A DNA stretch of 64,000 nt from Candidatus Latescibacterota bacterium. Lineage in GTDB: Bacteria > Latescibacterota > UBA2968 > SICM01. A program made the position numbers and the translations under genes. Of this stretch, positions 10,127-20,659 are shown piece by piece (the first letter of the stretch is position 1; every line of letters begins with the position of its first letter). A model generated the notes under the pieces. The model did no database searches. It was given only the letters and a program-made list of their open reading frames with translations, and had not been told where the DNA came from. The stretch covers positions 3,456,001-3,520,000 of the forward strand of contig CBDCJO010000002.1 in assembly GCA_965217865.1 (NCBI GenBank), given 5' to 3'.

Positions 10127-11440
10127 GTTATCCGGGGGCGCTATGACGACCCCAAGGACCCGGGTGAGATCTCCCATTTTCAGGCCCTCACCAGCGCGCT
10201 TTCCGCAACGATCGGCCTGGGCAACATCGCAGGTGTGGCCATCGCCGTGGGTCTGGGGGGGCCCGGCGCGGTCTTCTGGATGATCCTCACCGCCCTGTTC
10301 GGGATGTCTTCAAAACTCGCTTCCTGCACGCTGGCTGTCATGTACCGCAAGGTTCACCCGGACGGCCATATATCCGGAGGTCCGATGTACTATCTGGAGC
10401 AGGGGCTCCGGGAAAAGGGGCTGCGGCCGCTCGGCCGCACACTGGCCGTCCTCTTCGCTCTCCTCACCATCGGGGGTTCCCTGGGGGGAGGGAACATGTT
10501 CCAGGCCAACCAGACGGTGGAGATCTTCAGCACCATCTCCGAGGACTTCAGGACCTACAACTGGGTGCTTGGTCTCTGCTTCTCGGTCATGGTTGGCATC
10601 GTGATCATCGGCGGTATCCGCCGGATTGGCCGGGTCACGTCCCGTATCGTTCCGTTTATGTGCCTCACCTACGTGATCACGGCGATCCTGATCATCCTTT
10701 CCCATCTTTCCGATGTCCCGGAGATAATCGCAACGATCGTCCGTGAAGCCTTCACGGGACCCGCGGTTTATGGCGGTTTCATCGGAATTCTGGTCACGGG
10801 GGTGAAGCGAGCGGCTTTCTCGAACGAGGCCGGCCTCGGGTCCGCTGCATTTGCGCATTCGGCGGCAAAGACCAATGAGGCCGCGCGCGAAGGTATGGTC
10901 GCGATGATCGGCCCCTTTATTGACACGATCGTCATCTGTCTGATGACCGCATTGGTTTGTATGATTACGGGTGTTTATAACGACCCGCAGTTCCAGGGTC
11001 AGGGCGATTTCGTCGTGGGGGCCAGGATGACGGCCGCGGCCTTCGAGTCGTCCATACCCGGTTCCCGCTACGTCCTTTCGCTGGCCGTCATGCTCTTTGC
11101 TTACTCAACGATGATCTCCTGGTCCTACTACGGGGAACGGGCGTGGGAATATCTCTTTGGGGCCAAATCCATCCTTGTCTTTCGGATCATCTTTGTCTGC
11201 TTCGTCTTTATCGGATCGGTCACCACCTTGAGAAATGTGCTGGACTTTTCGGATATGATGATCCTCGGCATGGCCTTCCCGAATATTATCGGGGTCGTGA
11301 TACTGAGTCCGCAGGTCAAGGCGACTCTGAACGAGTACTGGGGGCGGCTGAAATCGGGACAGATGGTCCCATACCGGGAGGGGCATAAAGTCCAGGATTC
11401 CCGCGGCTCGATGGATGATCCGGGAAAAGCCCGGCCTTAA
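10127..11440 (+). pseudogene. Alanine/glycine:cation symporter, 3' part
   Basis: ISHFQALTSALSATIGLGNIAGVA, GGPGAVFW, GGPMYY, FSNEAGLGSA, FIDTIVIC. Confidence 0.92.
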
Positions 11441-11512
11441 AATCAAGGGGATTCAGGATTTCCCGCCCTCGGAGCGGGGTAGTGTCCTAATTTGAGAAAT
11501 GCAGGTAGGTAA

Positions 11513-11830
11513 TCAGGTTGGGTTTTTCGATTCGCGGTAGTCTTTAAGGAGGGAAGCCCGCACAGCGTCTTGAGCAGATTTCACCGGAACTATATGGAGC
11601 ACGGCATAAAAACGGCGCCGATCTGAGTTCTGGACTGGTTCGCTCCAGGCATAGCAGACCGACGCTTCTTTATGGCCCTTCAAGTTAAAAACGTGCACAT
11701 CATCTTCCCATACGGTCTGGCCCTGAAAGGTTTCGTGGACGTGTTCGATATGACTGAAGATGGCTTTGCAGGAATGGAGGCCCTCTACGGTTTCTTTAAG
11801 TTCCTTCTGGCCCACTTTCTTCATCTTCAC
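11513..11830 (-). CDS. Hypothetical passenger protein inside the IS1-like element
   Basis: Intact 105-aa ORF between the IS ends. Confidence 0.65.
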   Translation of the reverse strand: MKMKKVGQKELKETVEGLHSCKAIFSHIEHVHETFQGQTVWEDDVHVFNLKGHKEASVCYAWSEPVQNSDRRRFYAVLHIVPVKSAQDAVRASLLKDYRESKNPT

Positions 11831-11929
11831 CTTTCAACAAGTCATCATCCACAAGGAAGGTTTTCAATTGTTTCAAATGTTCCATTGCAGATTCCAATTT
11901 CCTCCACTCCTCTGAGGTCATCGGATTGG

Positions 11930-12715
11930 GTAAACGTAAGGAGATCTACAGAGCGTATAGTGGAAACTCACAGAGACACGATACTAAGGCTGATGTGCCG
12001 TGTTGGGGCTGGATGTGAGAAATTGATGGATTCTGAGATGCGGAATCTGTCTTGTGAGCGGATTCAGTTGGATGAAATTTGGGGCTTTGTTGGGAAAAAG
12101 CAACGACACCTAAAGGAAGGGGATGATGTGGCAAGCCTTGGGGATACGTGGACCTTCGTGGCCTTGGATGCGAAATCGAAGCTGGTGCCTACCTACAAGG
12201 TGGGAAACCGAGATTCGGCAACCGCTCAAGTCTTCTTGGATGATTTGGCTTCCAGGCTGACTGGCAGGATACAGTTATCGTCTGATGCCTTTAGCGTATA
12301 TTTTGAGACCGTTGACCGGGCGTTCGGCACAAATGTTGATTATGGACAAATCGTAAAGGTCTATGAAGCCGAACCTATTGGGGCTGGTAGGTATAGCCCG
12401 CCCAAAGTTACTGGGGCAAGGCGTCAAAGCCTATGGGGAAATCCCGATCCAGCACACATCTCAACCAGCCACGTTGAGAGACAGAATCTCACTATGAGAA
12501 TGAGCATGAGGCGGTTCACCAGATTAACCAATGCATTCTCAAAGAAGTTGGATAACCTCAAGGCAGCGGTGGCCCTTCACTTCGCATACTATAATTTCGT
12601 CAGGATTCATAAGACGCTGGGTATCACACCAGCGATGGAGGCAGGGGTTACAGGTAGGCTTTGGTCGCTTGGGAATCTTATGGATGCGGCAATGGATCAC
12701 AATCATGCAAAATAA
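11930..12715 (+). pseudogene. IS1-family DDE transposase, apparently missing its N-terminal HTH start
   Basis: HRDTILRL, QLDEIWGFV, QLSSDA, STSHVERQNLTMRMSMRRFTRLTNAFSKK, TPAMEAG. Confidence 0.8.
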
Positions 12716-13044
12716 TCGGGTGACGCCCACTTAAAAGCCAAGATCGATCTTACTCCTGATCCGGTGTAGCCAGCAACGTGCCACGGTTGCAGCTTCACCG
12801 AGAAAGGAGGTGAGATCATATGGCCAAGCCAAAATTGAAGTGCCGCCCAGAGCGGACTTCAAAACCTGGGCCGAAGGACGTTCGTGTCTCTGAACACAGG
12901 CGGTCTTCGCCAAAACCTATACCAAAGCGGTGTAGGTAAAGGGTAAGGCGGTGGGCGTCACCCATTTTTAATATATGACCCATTAACAGAATAATCAATA
13001 CAATCCTGAATTCAAATTAGGACACTACCCGGAGCGGATGAAGG

Positions 13045-13073
13045 TTGACACCGGCCATCGCCGGTCTTATATT
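13045..13073 (+). promoter_or_regulatory. Sigma70-type promoter for the 13151 operon
   Basis: TTGACA-17 bp-TATATT; the spacer contains the palindrome ACCGGC..GCCGGT. Confidence 0.6.
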
Positions 13074-13150
13074 TGGGCGATCAAGGATCCCGAACAAAAA
13101 AGCGGCAACTTCGCCCGGCCACGATCCCCGACACCTTTGGGAGGTGCATG

Positions 13151-14338
13151 ATGACCAAACTCTACTTCGACGTGCGAGACCTTTTCAGCGCAGCCCGGCT
13201 CGGGTGGTCGTTGAGAAGGATCTGGATCGCGTTCTCCGGACTCCTCATCGGTTATGTCGTCTACGGTATCGGCGCCTACGGCGGTCTTTCCATATCGAGA
13301 GGGATTCCCTTTGCCGGCCTCTGGGATCAATATGGGTTTTTCCCGGAGTGCTCTCTGACGCCATTGTGCATCATAGGGTCTGTCCTGGGCTTCCTCATCT
13401 TGATGATCACTTCCTGTGCGATCTGTAAGATCACTTACCAACAGCTCAAGGGGGATGTCTTTTTCTCCTCCGGTGAGGCGTTGAAGTACATTGGTAGCTG
13501 CTGGCAGAGCGTCGTCCTCGGCCCGATTGCGGTCCTGGGTCTGCTGATCGTTTTCCTCGGGAGCGGGTGGCTGATCGGAGTCGTGGGCTGCTATATCCCT
13601 TATGTGGGGGAGATCGGGTTTGCCCTCATATTCATCCCTGTCTTTTTCGCGAGTATTTTCGCCATCTTCATCGCCTTCGCCTTCCTTGTCTCGCTCATCT
13701 TCGCCCCTGCAATCGTCGGCACAACCAAGGAGGATACCCTGGAGGTGGTCATCCAGTCGTTTTCCCTCCTTTGGAGCCAGCCGTGGCGTCTCCTGTTATA
13801 TTTGGGAGGGATTCTGATCACCGTCCGGATTGGAACCTTCGTCCTGGCGTGTCTCAGCTTCTATTCCCTCTACCTGATCAATTCGGTCAGCGGACTGGCG
13901 ATGGGTGAGAAACTATCGGGGATGATGAACGTCGGTCTTGCCTACGTTCCGGACAAACTGATCGCCTGTCTCTTCACGATGGAGGGATACCCACCTCCCG
14001 ATCTTCTCAAATACCTCCCCGGGTCGGGTACGCCCTCTGGGAGCGTCCTTTGGGCGGGAAGGCTCGTGGCCGTCTCGCTGCTCTTCATCGTAGGGTTCAT
14101 TCTATCCTACGCCCTTTCCGCCTTCAACGCAGGGACGACACTGATCTACCTCATTCTTCGGAAGAAGAAGGACGACGAGAACCTCCTCGAGCGGGAGGAC
14201 GAGGAGGAATCCGAACCGATTTCGGAGACGCCTGCGGAAACGGAATCGAGTGAATCGAAGGCAGAGGGAGACAGCGCATCGACGACCGAGCCCCCCAAGA
14301 GCGAAGAGGGGAATGAGCCGGATTCCGGATCCGCATAA
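13151..14338 (+). CDS. Multi-pass membrane protein with acidic C-terminal tail
   Basis: Several hydrophobic segments; GGAGG upstream of ATG; overlaps the start of the next gene. Confidence 0.75.
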   Translation: MTKLYFDVRDLFSAARLGWSLRRIWIAFSGLLIGYVVYGIGAYGGLSISRGIPFAGLWDQYGFFPECSLTPLCIIGSVLGFLILMITSCAICKITYQQLKGDVFFSSGEALKYIGSCWQSVVLGPIAVLGLLIVFLGSGWLIGVVGCYIPYVGEIGFALIFIPVFFASIFAIFIAFAFLVSLIFAPAIVGTTKEDTLEVVIQSFSLLWSQPWRLLLYLGGILITVRIGTFVLACLSFYSLYLINSVSGLAMGEKLSGMMNVGLAYVPDKLIACLFTMEGYPPPDLLKYLPGSGTPSGSVLWAGRLVAVSLLFIVGFILSYALSAFNAGTTLIYLILRKKKDDENLLEREDEEESEPISETPAETESSESKAEGDSASTTEPPKSEEGNEPDSGSA

Positions 14339-15344
14339 GGCGGATCGGGGTTCGGAACTGCAGGCTCTCCTCTCCGAAGTTGCCTCTGCCACCTCCCTCA
14401 GGGAGGGAGAGGAGGGTGTCCGGGCCATCATGTCCGCAGTCGGCAAGGCCGGAGGCCTCCCGATCCGGGATCTTGCGCAGCGCATTCGGATACCTGTCCC
14501 GGTGGTGGCCGCTGTCCGCCGGGAACTGGAAAAGCGGGACTTGCTGGATCGGAAGGGAGGGCTTGCCCTCTCCGAAAAAGGACGGCTCCTCATCGGTGTA
14601 GAAGCGGATACCGCACCCGGACACCGCTGCCCCACCTGTGAGGGGGACGGTTTCATCCTTCCTGAAGAATTCCGGGACCTGGCGCCGCGCTTCGAATCCC
14701 TGGCCAGGGATCGGCCCCCCCCCGACAAGACCCTCGACCAATCCCATACTACAACGGACACTTCGATCAGGCGGGCCCTCTTCCTCCGGGAATACGGTGC
14801 GCTGGACCGGGATCTTCTGATCCTCGGGGACGACGATCTGACCTCTCTGGCCGTCGGTCTTCTTCGAAAGGCGGTCGGCGTGGAGGCCAAGCTCTCGGTG
14901 GTGGAGATCGACCAGAGGGTGGTCACCCATATCCGCACCGTCTCCGAGGCCGAGGGATTCGGGGTCGAAGTCCTGCCTCACGACCTGCGCAATCCCCTAC
15001 CCGAAACCCTTTCCGAGCAGTTCGATGTCTTCTTCACCGACCCTCCTTACACCCTGGAAGGGCTCGGCCTATTCGTGTCGCGCGGCATCTCGGGACTGCG
15101 AAAAGGGGGCGGTCGTCAGGCCTTTATCGCATTCGGCCACAAGGATCCTGAAGAACAGAGGGCGGTTGTTCAGACGATTTCCGATGCCGGCCTGAGCATC
15201 GGAGAGATGCGTCCGGGATTCAACCGGTATGAAGGCGCTCAGGTTCTGGCCGGTGTCAGTTCGATGATCCGTGCGGTCACAACGCCGCATTCAGCAGCTC
15301 CCGAAGGCCGTTATGACGGTCTCCTGTACACGGCGGACCGCTGA
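14313..15344 (+). CDS. bpsA: Branched-chain polyamine synthase (BpsA)-family protein with N-terminal HTH and a CxxC motif
   Basis: LILGDDDLTSLA, VVEIDQR, HDLRNPLP, FDVFFTDPPYTLEG..LF.SRG match the BpsA family. Confidence 0.72.
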   Translation: MSRIPDPHKADRGSELQALLSEVASATSLREGEEGVRAIMSAVGKAGGLPIRDLAQRIRIPVPVVAAVRRELEKRDLLDRKGGLALSEKGRLLIGVEADTAPGHRCPTCEGDGFILPEEFRDLAPRFESLARDRPPPDKTLDQSHTTTDTSIRRALFLREYGALDRDLLILGDDDLTSLAVGLLRKAVGVEAKLSVVEIDQRVVTHIRTVSEAEGFGVEVLPHDLRNPLPETLSEQFDVFFTDPPYTLEGLGLFVSRGISGLRKGGGRQAFIAFGHKDPEEQRAVVQTISDAGLSIGEMRPGFNRYEGAQVLAGVSSMIRAVTTPHSAAPEGRYDGLLYTADR

Positions 15345-15432
15345 CGCATCCTAGTTTCTATCCCACCCGACCCCCTCACCCGTACCCCCTTGGCTTCATT
15401 CATCACGCCCCCCTTACAATCATTGGTAAGGT

Positions 15433-16338
15433 ATGCCGATCCTGTCCGTTGCTGATCTCCCCCGTTTCAAGTCGGCTTTCATCTCCCACGGAAAACGGGC
15501 ATGGTGTTACTACGTTCCGTTCCTGCTCTCCTTCAGCCTTCCTCCCGGTCGGCAGCTGAGCTGGGATCTTTATGAGGGGGGACTCTGCCTGTTTGTCCGG
15601 CGCATCAGAGGAAAGGGGGAACGCGTGGACCTGGTTATTCCCCCGCTCCCCTGTTCCTCAGCAGCTCTGAAAGCTTTTCGTGATGCGTTCCAGTCCCAGA
15701 ATCCGGACCGAAGCCTAAGCATTCTCTGGACCGATGCATCGGATGCGGCTGTCCTCAGGGATTCCGGTTTCGAGCTGACGTTCAAGGATGAGGGATATCT
15801 CTACGATCCATCCGGAGTTTCAGGGTTGGAAGGGCCTTCTTTCCGGGACCTTCGGAAGAGGGTTCGCCGGTTCGAGCGTGAGCACGCCCACGTTTTCCGG
15901 GAGATGGGTCCCTCGGATTTGGAGGCGTGTGAAAACCTTCTCCGGATCTGGCGGAAGGAACAACGAAGGCGACGATCGTTTCTTCTGGATTGGGGCTACA
16001 CGAAGGCTGGCCTCAGGCTTGTCGGCCGGCTGTGCCGGAATGATCTGTCGGGATGGGTGGTGGAGGTGGGAGGAGAGGTGAAGGCCTTTGCGCTGACCGG
16101 AGAGATGAATGATGATTTGGCTAACTTTTTCGTCGCGAAGAGCGACGTTCGCGTTCGGGGTCTTTCGGAATTCCTTCGATGGGGGGTGTGCCGGGAGATG
16201 AAACGTTTCTCACGGGTGAACGACGCGGGGGATTTGGGTTTACCCGGTCTGCGACAGCACAAACGCAAGTTTCGGCCCGTGGGATCGGAGCAGGTTTATT
16301 CTGCGCAGTCAGGGGGAATGAACGCTACCGACCATTGA
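15433..16338 (+). CDS. DUF2156 / phosphatidylglycerol lysyltransferase C-terminal-like (GNAT-fold) protein
   Basis: YLYD...L.G..F..LRKRV.RF, VKAFALTGE, K.D...RGL, VNDAGDLGLPGLRQHKRKFRP. Confidence 0.75.
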   Translation: MPILSVADLPRFKSAFISHGKRAWCYYVPFLLSFSLPPGRQLSWDLYEGGLCLFVRRIRGKGERVDLVIPPLPCSSAALKAFRDAFQSQNPDRSLSILWTDASDAAVLRDSGFELTFKDEGYLYDPSGVSGLEGPSFRDLRKRVRRFEREHAHVFREMGPSDLEACENLLRIWRKEQRRRRSFLLDWGYTKAGLRLVGRLCRNDLSGWVVEVGGEVKAFALTGEMNDDLANFFVAKSDVRVRGLSEFLRWGVCREMKRFSRVNDAGDLGLPGLRQHKRKFRPVGSEQVYSAQSGGMNATDH

Positions 16339-16953
16339 TTCCAATTCAGCCAGGCCGACCTTTCCGGGTCGAATCAAGGCGGGTGGGCAGACTGACAGAT
16401 CCAACACGGTGGAGGGGATGTCGCCCGTCGAGGGTCCGCCGTCAACGATCAGGTCCAGGCGATTTTCGAAGATCGACGAGGCCTCTTCGGTCGATTTTGC
16501 GGAGGGCTGACCCGAACGGTTGGCGCTCGTCGAGGTGATGGGTCCCGCGACCAGGTCTGTCAGGATCTTTGCCACAGGGTGACTGGAGACGCGGACCGCG
16601 ATCGTGTTGCCGGCTCCGACGAGGGGGACAGGGATCTTTTTTGATGCCCTCAGGACCAGGGTCAGCGGGCCCGGCCAGAAGGCGTTTATCAGTTTATGGG
16701 CTTTCTCCGGGACCTCGTCCGTCAACAATGAGAGATCCGCCTCACCCCGGACGAGGAGGATCAGAGATTTCTCGACTGTGCGGCCCTTCAGATCGAAGAC
16801 TTTCTTCAAGGCATCGGGGTTGAAAGGATCGACCCCGAGACCGTAGACCGTTTCCGTCGGATAGGCGATGATCCCACCCTGACGGATGACTTCGGAAGCC
16901 GTCCTGAGTTGGTTCGGATCCGGATGCGTTGGATCGACGGGAAGGATGGTCAT
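16309..16953 (-). CDS. tsaC: L-threonylcarbamoyladenylate synthase (TsaC/YrdC/Sua5)
   Basis: YPTETVYGLG, LKGR, FWPGPLTLVL, TSTSANRSG, PSTVLD. Confidence 0.93.
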   Translation of the reverse strand: MTILPVDPTHPDPNQLRTASEVIRQGGIIAYPTETVYGLGVDPFNPDALKKVFDLKGRTVEKSLILLVRGEADLSLLTDEVPEKAHKLINAFWPGPLTLVLRASKKIPVPLVGAGNTIAVRVSSHPVAKILTDLVAGPITSTSANRSGQPSAKSTEEASSIFENRLDLIVDGGPSTGDIPSTVLDLSVCPPALIRPGKVGLAELESMVGSVHSP

Positions 16954-17115
16954 AGCGTAAGAGTAAATCTTCAAACAGGAAATGCAAAGTGAAAAATGTA
17001 AAAGGCAGGGGCCAGGGGGCGGAGGTCAGAAAAAAGTCAGACGTGAGACGTGAAAGGTGAGACGGTGGATGAATCACCGGACTTATCGAGAATCGGGTGG
17101 CCCGACAAAATTGGT

Positions 17116-17255
17116 GTAGGGGCGGCATGCCGTGCCCCTCCGAGGGAATTTATGAGAATGTTCGTGATGGACAAATTGAATTCGATTGAGTGTCAGACCT
17201 AGGCTCCTTCCCTAAACCTAACGATTCATATGGGCGGACCTGCGTGTCCGCCCAT
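17116..17255. repeat. REP-like palindromes
   Basis: GTAGGGGCGGCATGCCGTGCCCCT and GGGCGGACCTGCGTGTCCGCCC hairpins. Confidence 0.55.
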
Positions 17256-17598
17256 TTTGTTTGTAGGGTACGGGATTCCGTGCGGCCTCGCGGGCCGGGT
17301 TTATTCCCTATTCCAATCTTCAATCCCGTTCCTCTGACTCCTGGTTTTTCCCGACAAAGGTTAATTCTGCGCGCGCGCGCAGAATTGGTCGTGTCCTGGC
17401 GTTTTCCCGTTCCACTTATTATGTAAGACTCTGTAAGTATTTGTGATAACTGATTTGGCACGACTTACTACCCCATGGCATACTACCAAATGGTAATAAG
17501 TATAATTAAAGATAAGAAAACCTCTCAATTTTTTGCCTCTATTGATGAACCCATCCCACTGTCCATAGAGAAAAAATTGGTAATTAAAAGATAAAGGC

Positions 17599-17627
17599 TT
17601 GACAAGTGGACCCATATTGTGTATATT
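17599..17627 (+). promoter_or_regulatory. Sigma70-type promoter of the IS1595 transposase
   Basis: TTGACA-17 bp-TATATT followed by AAGGAGG and ATG at 17653. Confidence 0.7.
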
Positions 17628-17652
17628 ATATACACACTTAAGGAGGTTCACA

Positions 17653-18531
17653 ATGAACTTGTTTGATATTATGACCCGCTTTCCAGACCAGCAGTCATGC
17701 ATCGATCATCTTGAAAGGATCAGGTTTGGAAACGAGCCTTACTGCCCGCTTTGCGGGGATATGGACGTTGCTCGCAAGAAGGAACGAAACCTTGTGGGCC
17801 GTTGGAACTGCCACGGTTGCAATTCCAGCTTCAACGTATTGTCCAAGACCATCATGCAGAAAACGAAGGTGCCGCTTCAGAAGTGGTTCTGCGCAATCGG
17901 ATTGATCCTCAACGCCAAGAAAAGCCTGTCCAGTTGCCAACTTGCACGGGACCTGGATATGACACAACCCACGGCATGGTATGTGCAACAGCGCATCAGA
18001 GCGGCTATGGCCTCCAAACAACTTCCCCTGCTCAAGGGCATCATCGAAGCGGACGAAACCTATGTCGGCGGCAGACCCCGAAGGCGCAAGAATCGAAAGG
18101 ATGATGACCAAAAGAACAAGCGAGGCAGGGGAACGAAAAAGACGCCTGTCCTAGGCGCGGTGCAGCGTTCCGGGAACGTCACGGCCTGCGTCGCCGAAGA
18201 CACCACCGGACGAAGCATCATGAACTTTTTGAACAATACGGTCAACCCCCATGATTCGATCCTCATTTCAGACGAATATCAAGCCTATGACATCGTTAGA
18301 AGGTTCATGCCTCATTCCGTCATCAACCACAGCGTGAGCTACGCGGACGGCTCAACCCATACCAACACCATCGAAGGATTCTGGTCCCTGCTCAAGAGAG
18401 CCTGGTATGGTTCCCATCATCACTATCGGAAGCATTACATGCCCCTCTACGTGGCCGAAGCGTGCTACAAGTACAACAACCGAAAGAATAAGGACGTGTT
18501 CGGTTCGTTTCTTGAAGGGTGCTTTGCTTAG
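17653..18531 (+). CDS. IS1595-family transposase
   Basis: Zn ribbon CPLC...CHGC, IEADETYVGG, ISDEY, HTNTIEGFWSLLKR. Confidence 0.93.
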   Translation: MNLFDIMTRFPDQQSCIDHLERIRFGNEPYCPLCGDMDVARKKERNLVGRWNCHGCNSSFNVLSKTIMQKTKVPLQKWFCAIGLILNAKKSLSSCQLARDLDMTQPTAWYVQQRIRAAMASKQLPLLKGIIEADETYVGGRPRRRKNRKDDDQKNKRGRGTKKTPVLGAVQRSGNVTACVAEDTTGRSIMNFLNNTVNPHDSILISDEYQAYDIVRRFMPHSVINHSVSYADGSTHTNTIEGFWSLLKRAWYGSHHHYRKHYMPLYVAEACYKYNNRKNKDVFGSFLEGCFA

Positions 18532-18532
18532 G

Positions 18533-18799
18533 TTATAATAATCTCTTTATGGCAACCATTATGGCGACAACTATACCAACTGAAGTGAACAAACTCCACA
18601 AAACCCAAGCTTTTGTGGCGAGATGTTTGGCTTCCGTTTCAAGGACTAATACGCGGTTATGCAAATCGCTGGTAGTGCCTAAGCTTTGCTCAACCGATTC
18701 ACGAAGTTCAGTGATTGCCCGTTGGTCTCGTTTAGTCTGTTCGCGTTCACGATCTGCGACAATAGTTTTGGTCAAGACGTTGAACACTGTTTCATCCAT
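18533..18799 (-). CDS. Small coiled-coil protein with C-terminal TM helix (possible toxin partner of the Panacea gene)
   Basis: Overlaps the upstream Panacea gene; hydrophobic C-terminus. Confidence 0.55.
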   Translation of the reverse strand: MDETVFNVLTKTIVADREREQTKRDQRAITELRESVEQSLGTTSDLHNRVLVLETEAKHLATKAWVLWSLFTSVGIVVAIMVAIKRLL

Positions 18800-19259
18800 T
18801 CGTCTTCACCGTTTTCTTCGCTATATTACGATAGTAATTTTGTATAACCTCGTTTGGGATAATGCTGCCAATACCAGATGTTTGTCGCACAATATCCCAC
18901 GGACTACCTGACTCATGCGTTATACTGGACAATTCTAATGCAGTATAATCGCGATAGGCACGATTGATGAATTCGGTTATTCCTTTCTGGTCATCGTTAA
19001 AAGAAGAGGACATGTCAACCGGAACCACAGATATGGGCTCTCCCCTGAAAGACTTGTATTTTTGATACAAAATGGGCACGACAGGTCCATGGCGCCACGC
19101 CTCAACCGGTTCGTAAATCAGTGGTTCTTCACATATGCCCAGCATCCATCCATGAGCAAGATATGCCATTTTAAGTATATGCATGGGCGTAGTTTCAGCA
19201 TCTCTTCTCAACCAGAGTATCTGCGTGGCAACAATGGTAGCCGAGATACTACGTAACAT
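18792..19259 (-). CDS. Panacea (DUF4065/SocA/GepA)-domain antitoxin
   Basis: TPM.ILKMAYLAHGW, EAWRHGPVVP.LY, LSSITH..GSPW. Confidence 0.88.
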   Translation of the reverse strand: MLRSISATIVATQILWLRRDAETTPMHILKMAYLAHGWMLGICEEPLIYEPVEAWRHGPVVPILYQKYKSFRGEPISVVPVDMSSSFNDDQKGITEFINRAYRDYTALELSSITHESGSPWDIVRQTSGIGSIIPNEVIQNYYRNIAKKTVKTNG

Positions 19260-19416
19260 AAGACACTCCTTTGGGCTTGGTTTCAGTGTCCCGTTCTTTC
19301 ATGAAAGTATTTGAACTTGGATACCCCTTCCTTTGGAAGGGGAGGAAAAGTTTAGCTTGCTGAGGGTAAGCTAAAAGGCTGTTTTGTCCGTACCGTAGTC
19401 GTCCTGGGACACAACA

Positions 19417-20013
19417 CTAGGAGTTCAACAGCCTCCAATTCCTGTAATCGTTTCTATAGCTTAAAGGCCATCGGCTGACTGAGATGGCTTCCCAATTGCG
19501 GAGGATCATGAAGTCGCGGTTGCGGTGGCCGGTCAAGCTGGATGAGATGGAGTGCCGCACGATGCTAGCGGTAAGATTCCCAGGACCAGTCGTCGACTGT
19601 ATTTCAGGTCGGTCTGAGCAATGGAGAAGTATGTTAGTGGCTCGTTCGAGCGCGAGACCAATTATCGGATGATTGGGAGGAGATATTATCGGATTGTTGT
19701 TTATGTAGAAAATCCAATGTGCTGATGCTTGGCATTGTCTCATGAAGATATCGGAACTCACCATAGTAGCGGAAGCAGTATCGTAGCAAAGAGGCTGAAC
19801 TTTCAGCCTGCCATCGCAAAAGAGACCGCTGCAATCAGTACCTTGGTATACCTCATCGGCATCTACATAAAATCCACCGTTGATCAAGATGTAACACAGT
19901 CGGAAGTAGTCGCAACGCATCGCCGGATGGTAACAAAGGTCGAATGCCTTTAAGTAGCGATGGCTATATTTAGTCGAAATGAAATGTCGTGCCTGTAAAT
20001 CATCAAACAACAC
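19417..20013 (-). pseudogene. Glycosyltransferase (DXD, OCH1/GT32-like), 5'-truncated
   Basis: PAMRCDYFRL, GGFYVDAD, TGPG; begins mid-domain. Confidence 0.72.
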
Positions 20014-20048
20014 CCTCCTAAAACCTTGACCCCTTAGATGGTTCCAGT

Positions 20049-20653
20049 CTGATGGGGAGGCAGATCGGCATAGGTCTCATCCCTTAAGAGGGCCGAGATT
20101 TGCTCTTTCTCCTCCCTCAGCAATCCGTGTGGGGCCTCATCAGGGGCGGGCCCGGGCTTCCCATCCAAAAGCGGGTCCGACACCCCATCCAGCTTCTCTT
20201 CTCGATCTCGCCGGCTCCAGGCACAATACCGCTGGAGGGGAAGCTGTAGGATCTCGCAAGAACGGGTGAGTTTCACCCCTTTCTCCTTGGCCCGATGGAC
20301 CATTAAGAGGATCTCGCGTTTGACCTCAGCTTGCACCCGGTGGCCCTTGATCGGGCCTGTCAGATCCCATTCACACTTTTTTTTAGCAGGGAAAGTTCCA
20401 CAGATTGCTCAATGATCGTTTGCTCCAGGCGTGCCCGCTCTTTGCGCAGCTGCTCCACCTCCTCAGCCGATACCATCGGCTTGCGGCTCCGGCGACCCTT
20501 GAACTCCTTGAGGGCCCCGGACTTGACCGACTCACGAATACGCTTTAGATCCGAGGAATGAATGCCCCATTTCCGCAGCACCTGTGCAATGGGAACATCT
20601 CCCCGGCTGGCTTCAAGGAAAATCTCATACTTCTGTTCCGGGGACAAGCTCCT
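20049..20653 (-). mobile_element. Internal fragment of the IS at 41571-43073
   Basis: Near-identical to about 42367-42971; both ends cut. Confidence 0.9.
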
Positions 20654-20659
20654 ACGCTT

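Larger units (their letters stand above)
11478..13029 (+). mobile_element. IS1-family element with passenger gene
   Basis: 18-bp terminal inverted repeats GGTAGTGTCCTAATTTGA / TCAAATTAGGACACTACC; 8-bp target duplication CGGAGCGG at 11470-11477 and 13030-13037. Confidence 0.9.

Noticed and set aside
16978-17066. Short heptamer-like repeats (AGACGTG) upstream of tsaC
   Set aside because: Only a few degenerate copies; low-complexity intergenic sequence with no assignable function.
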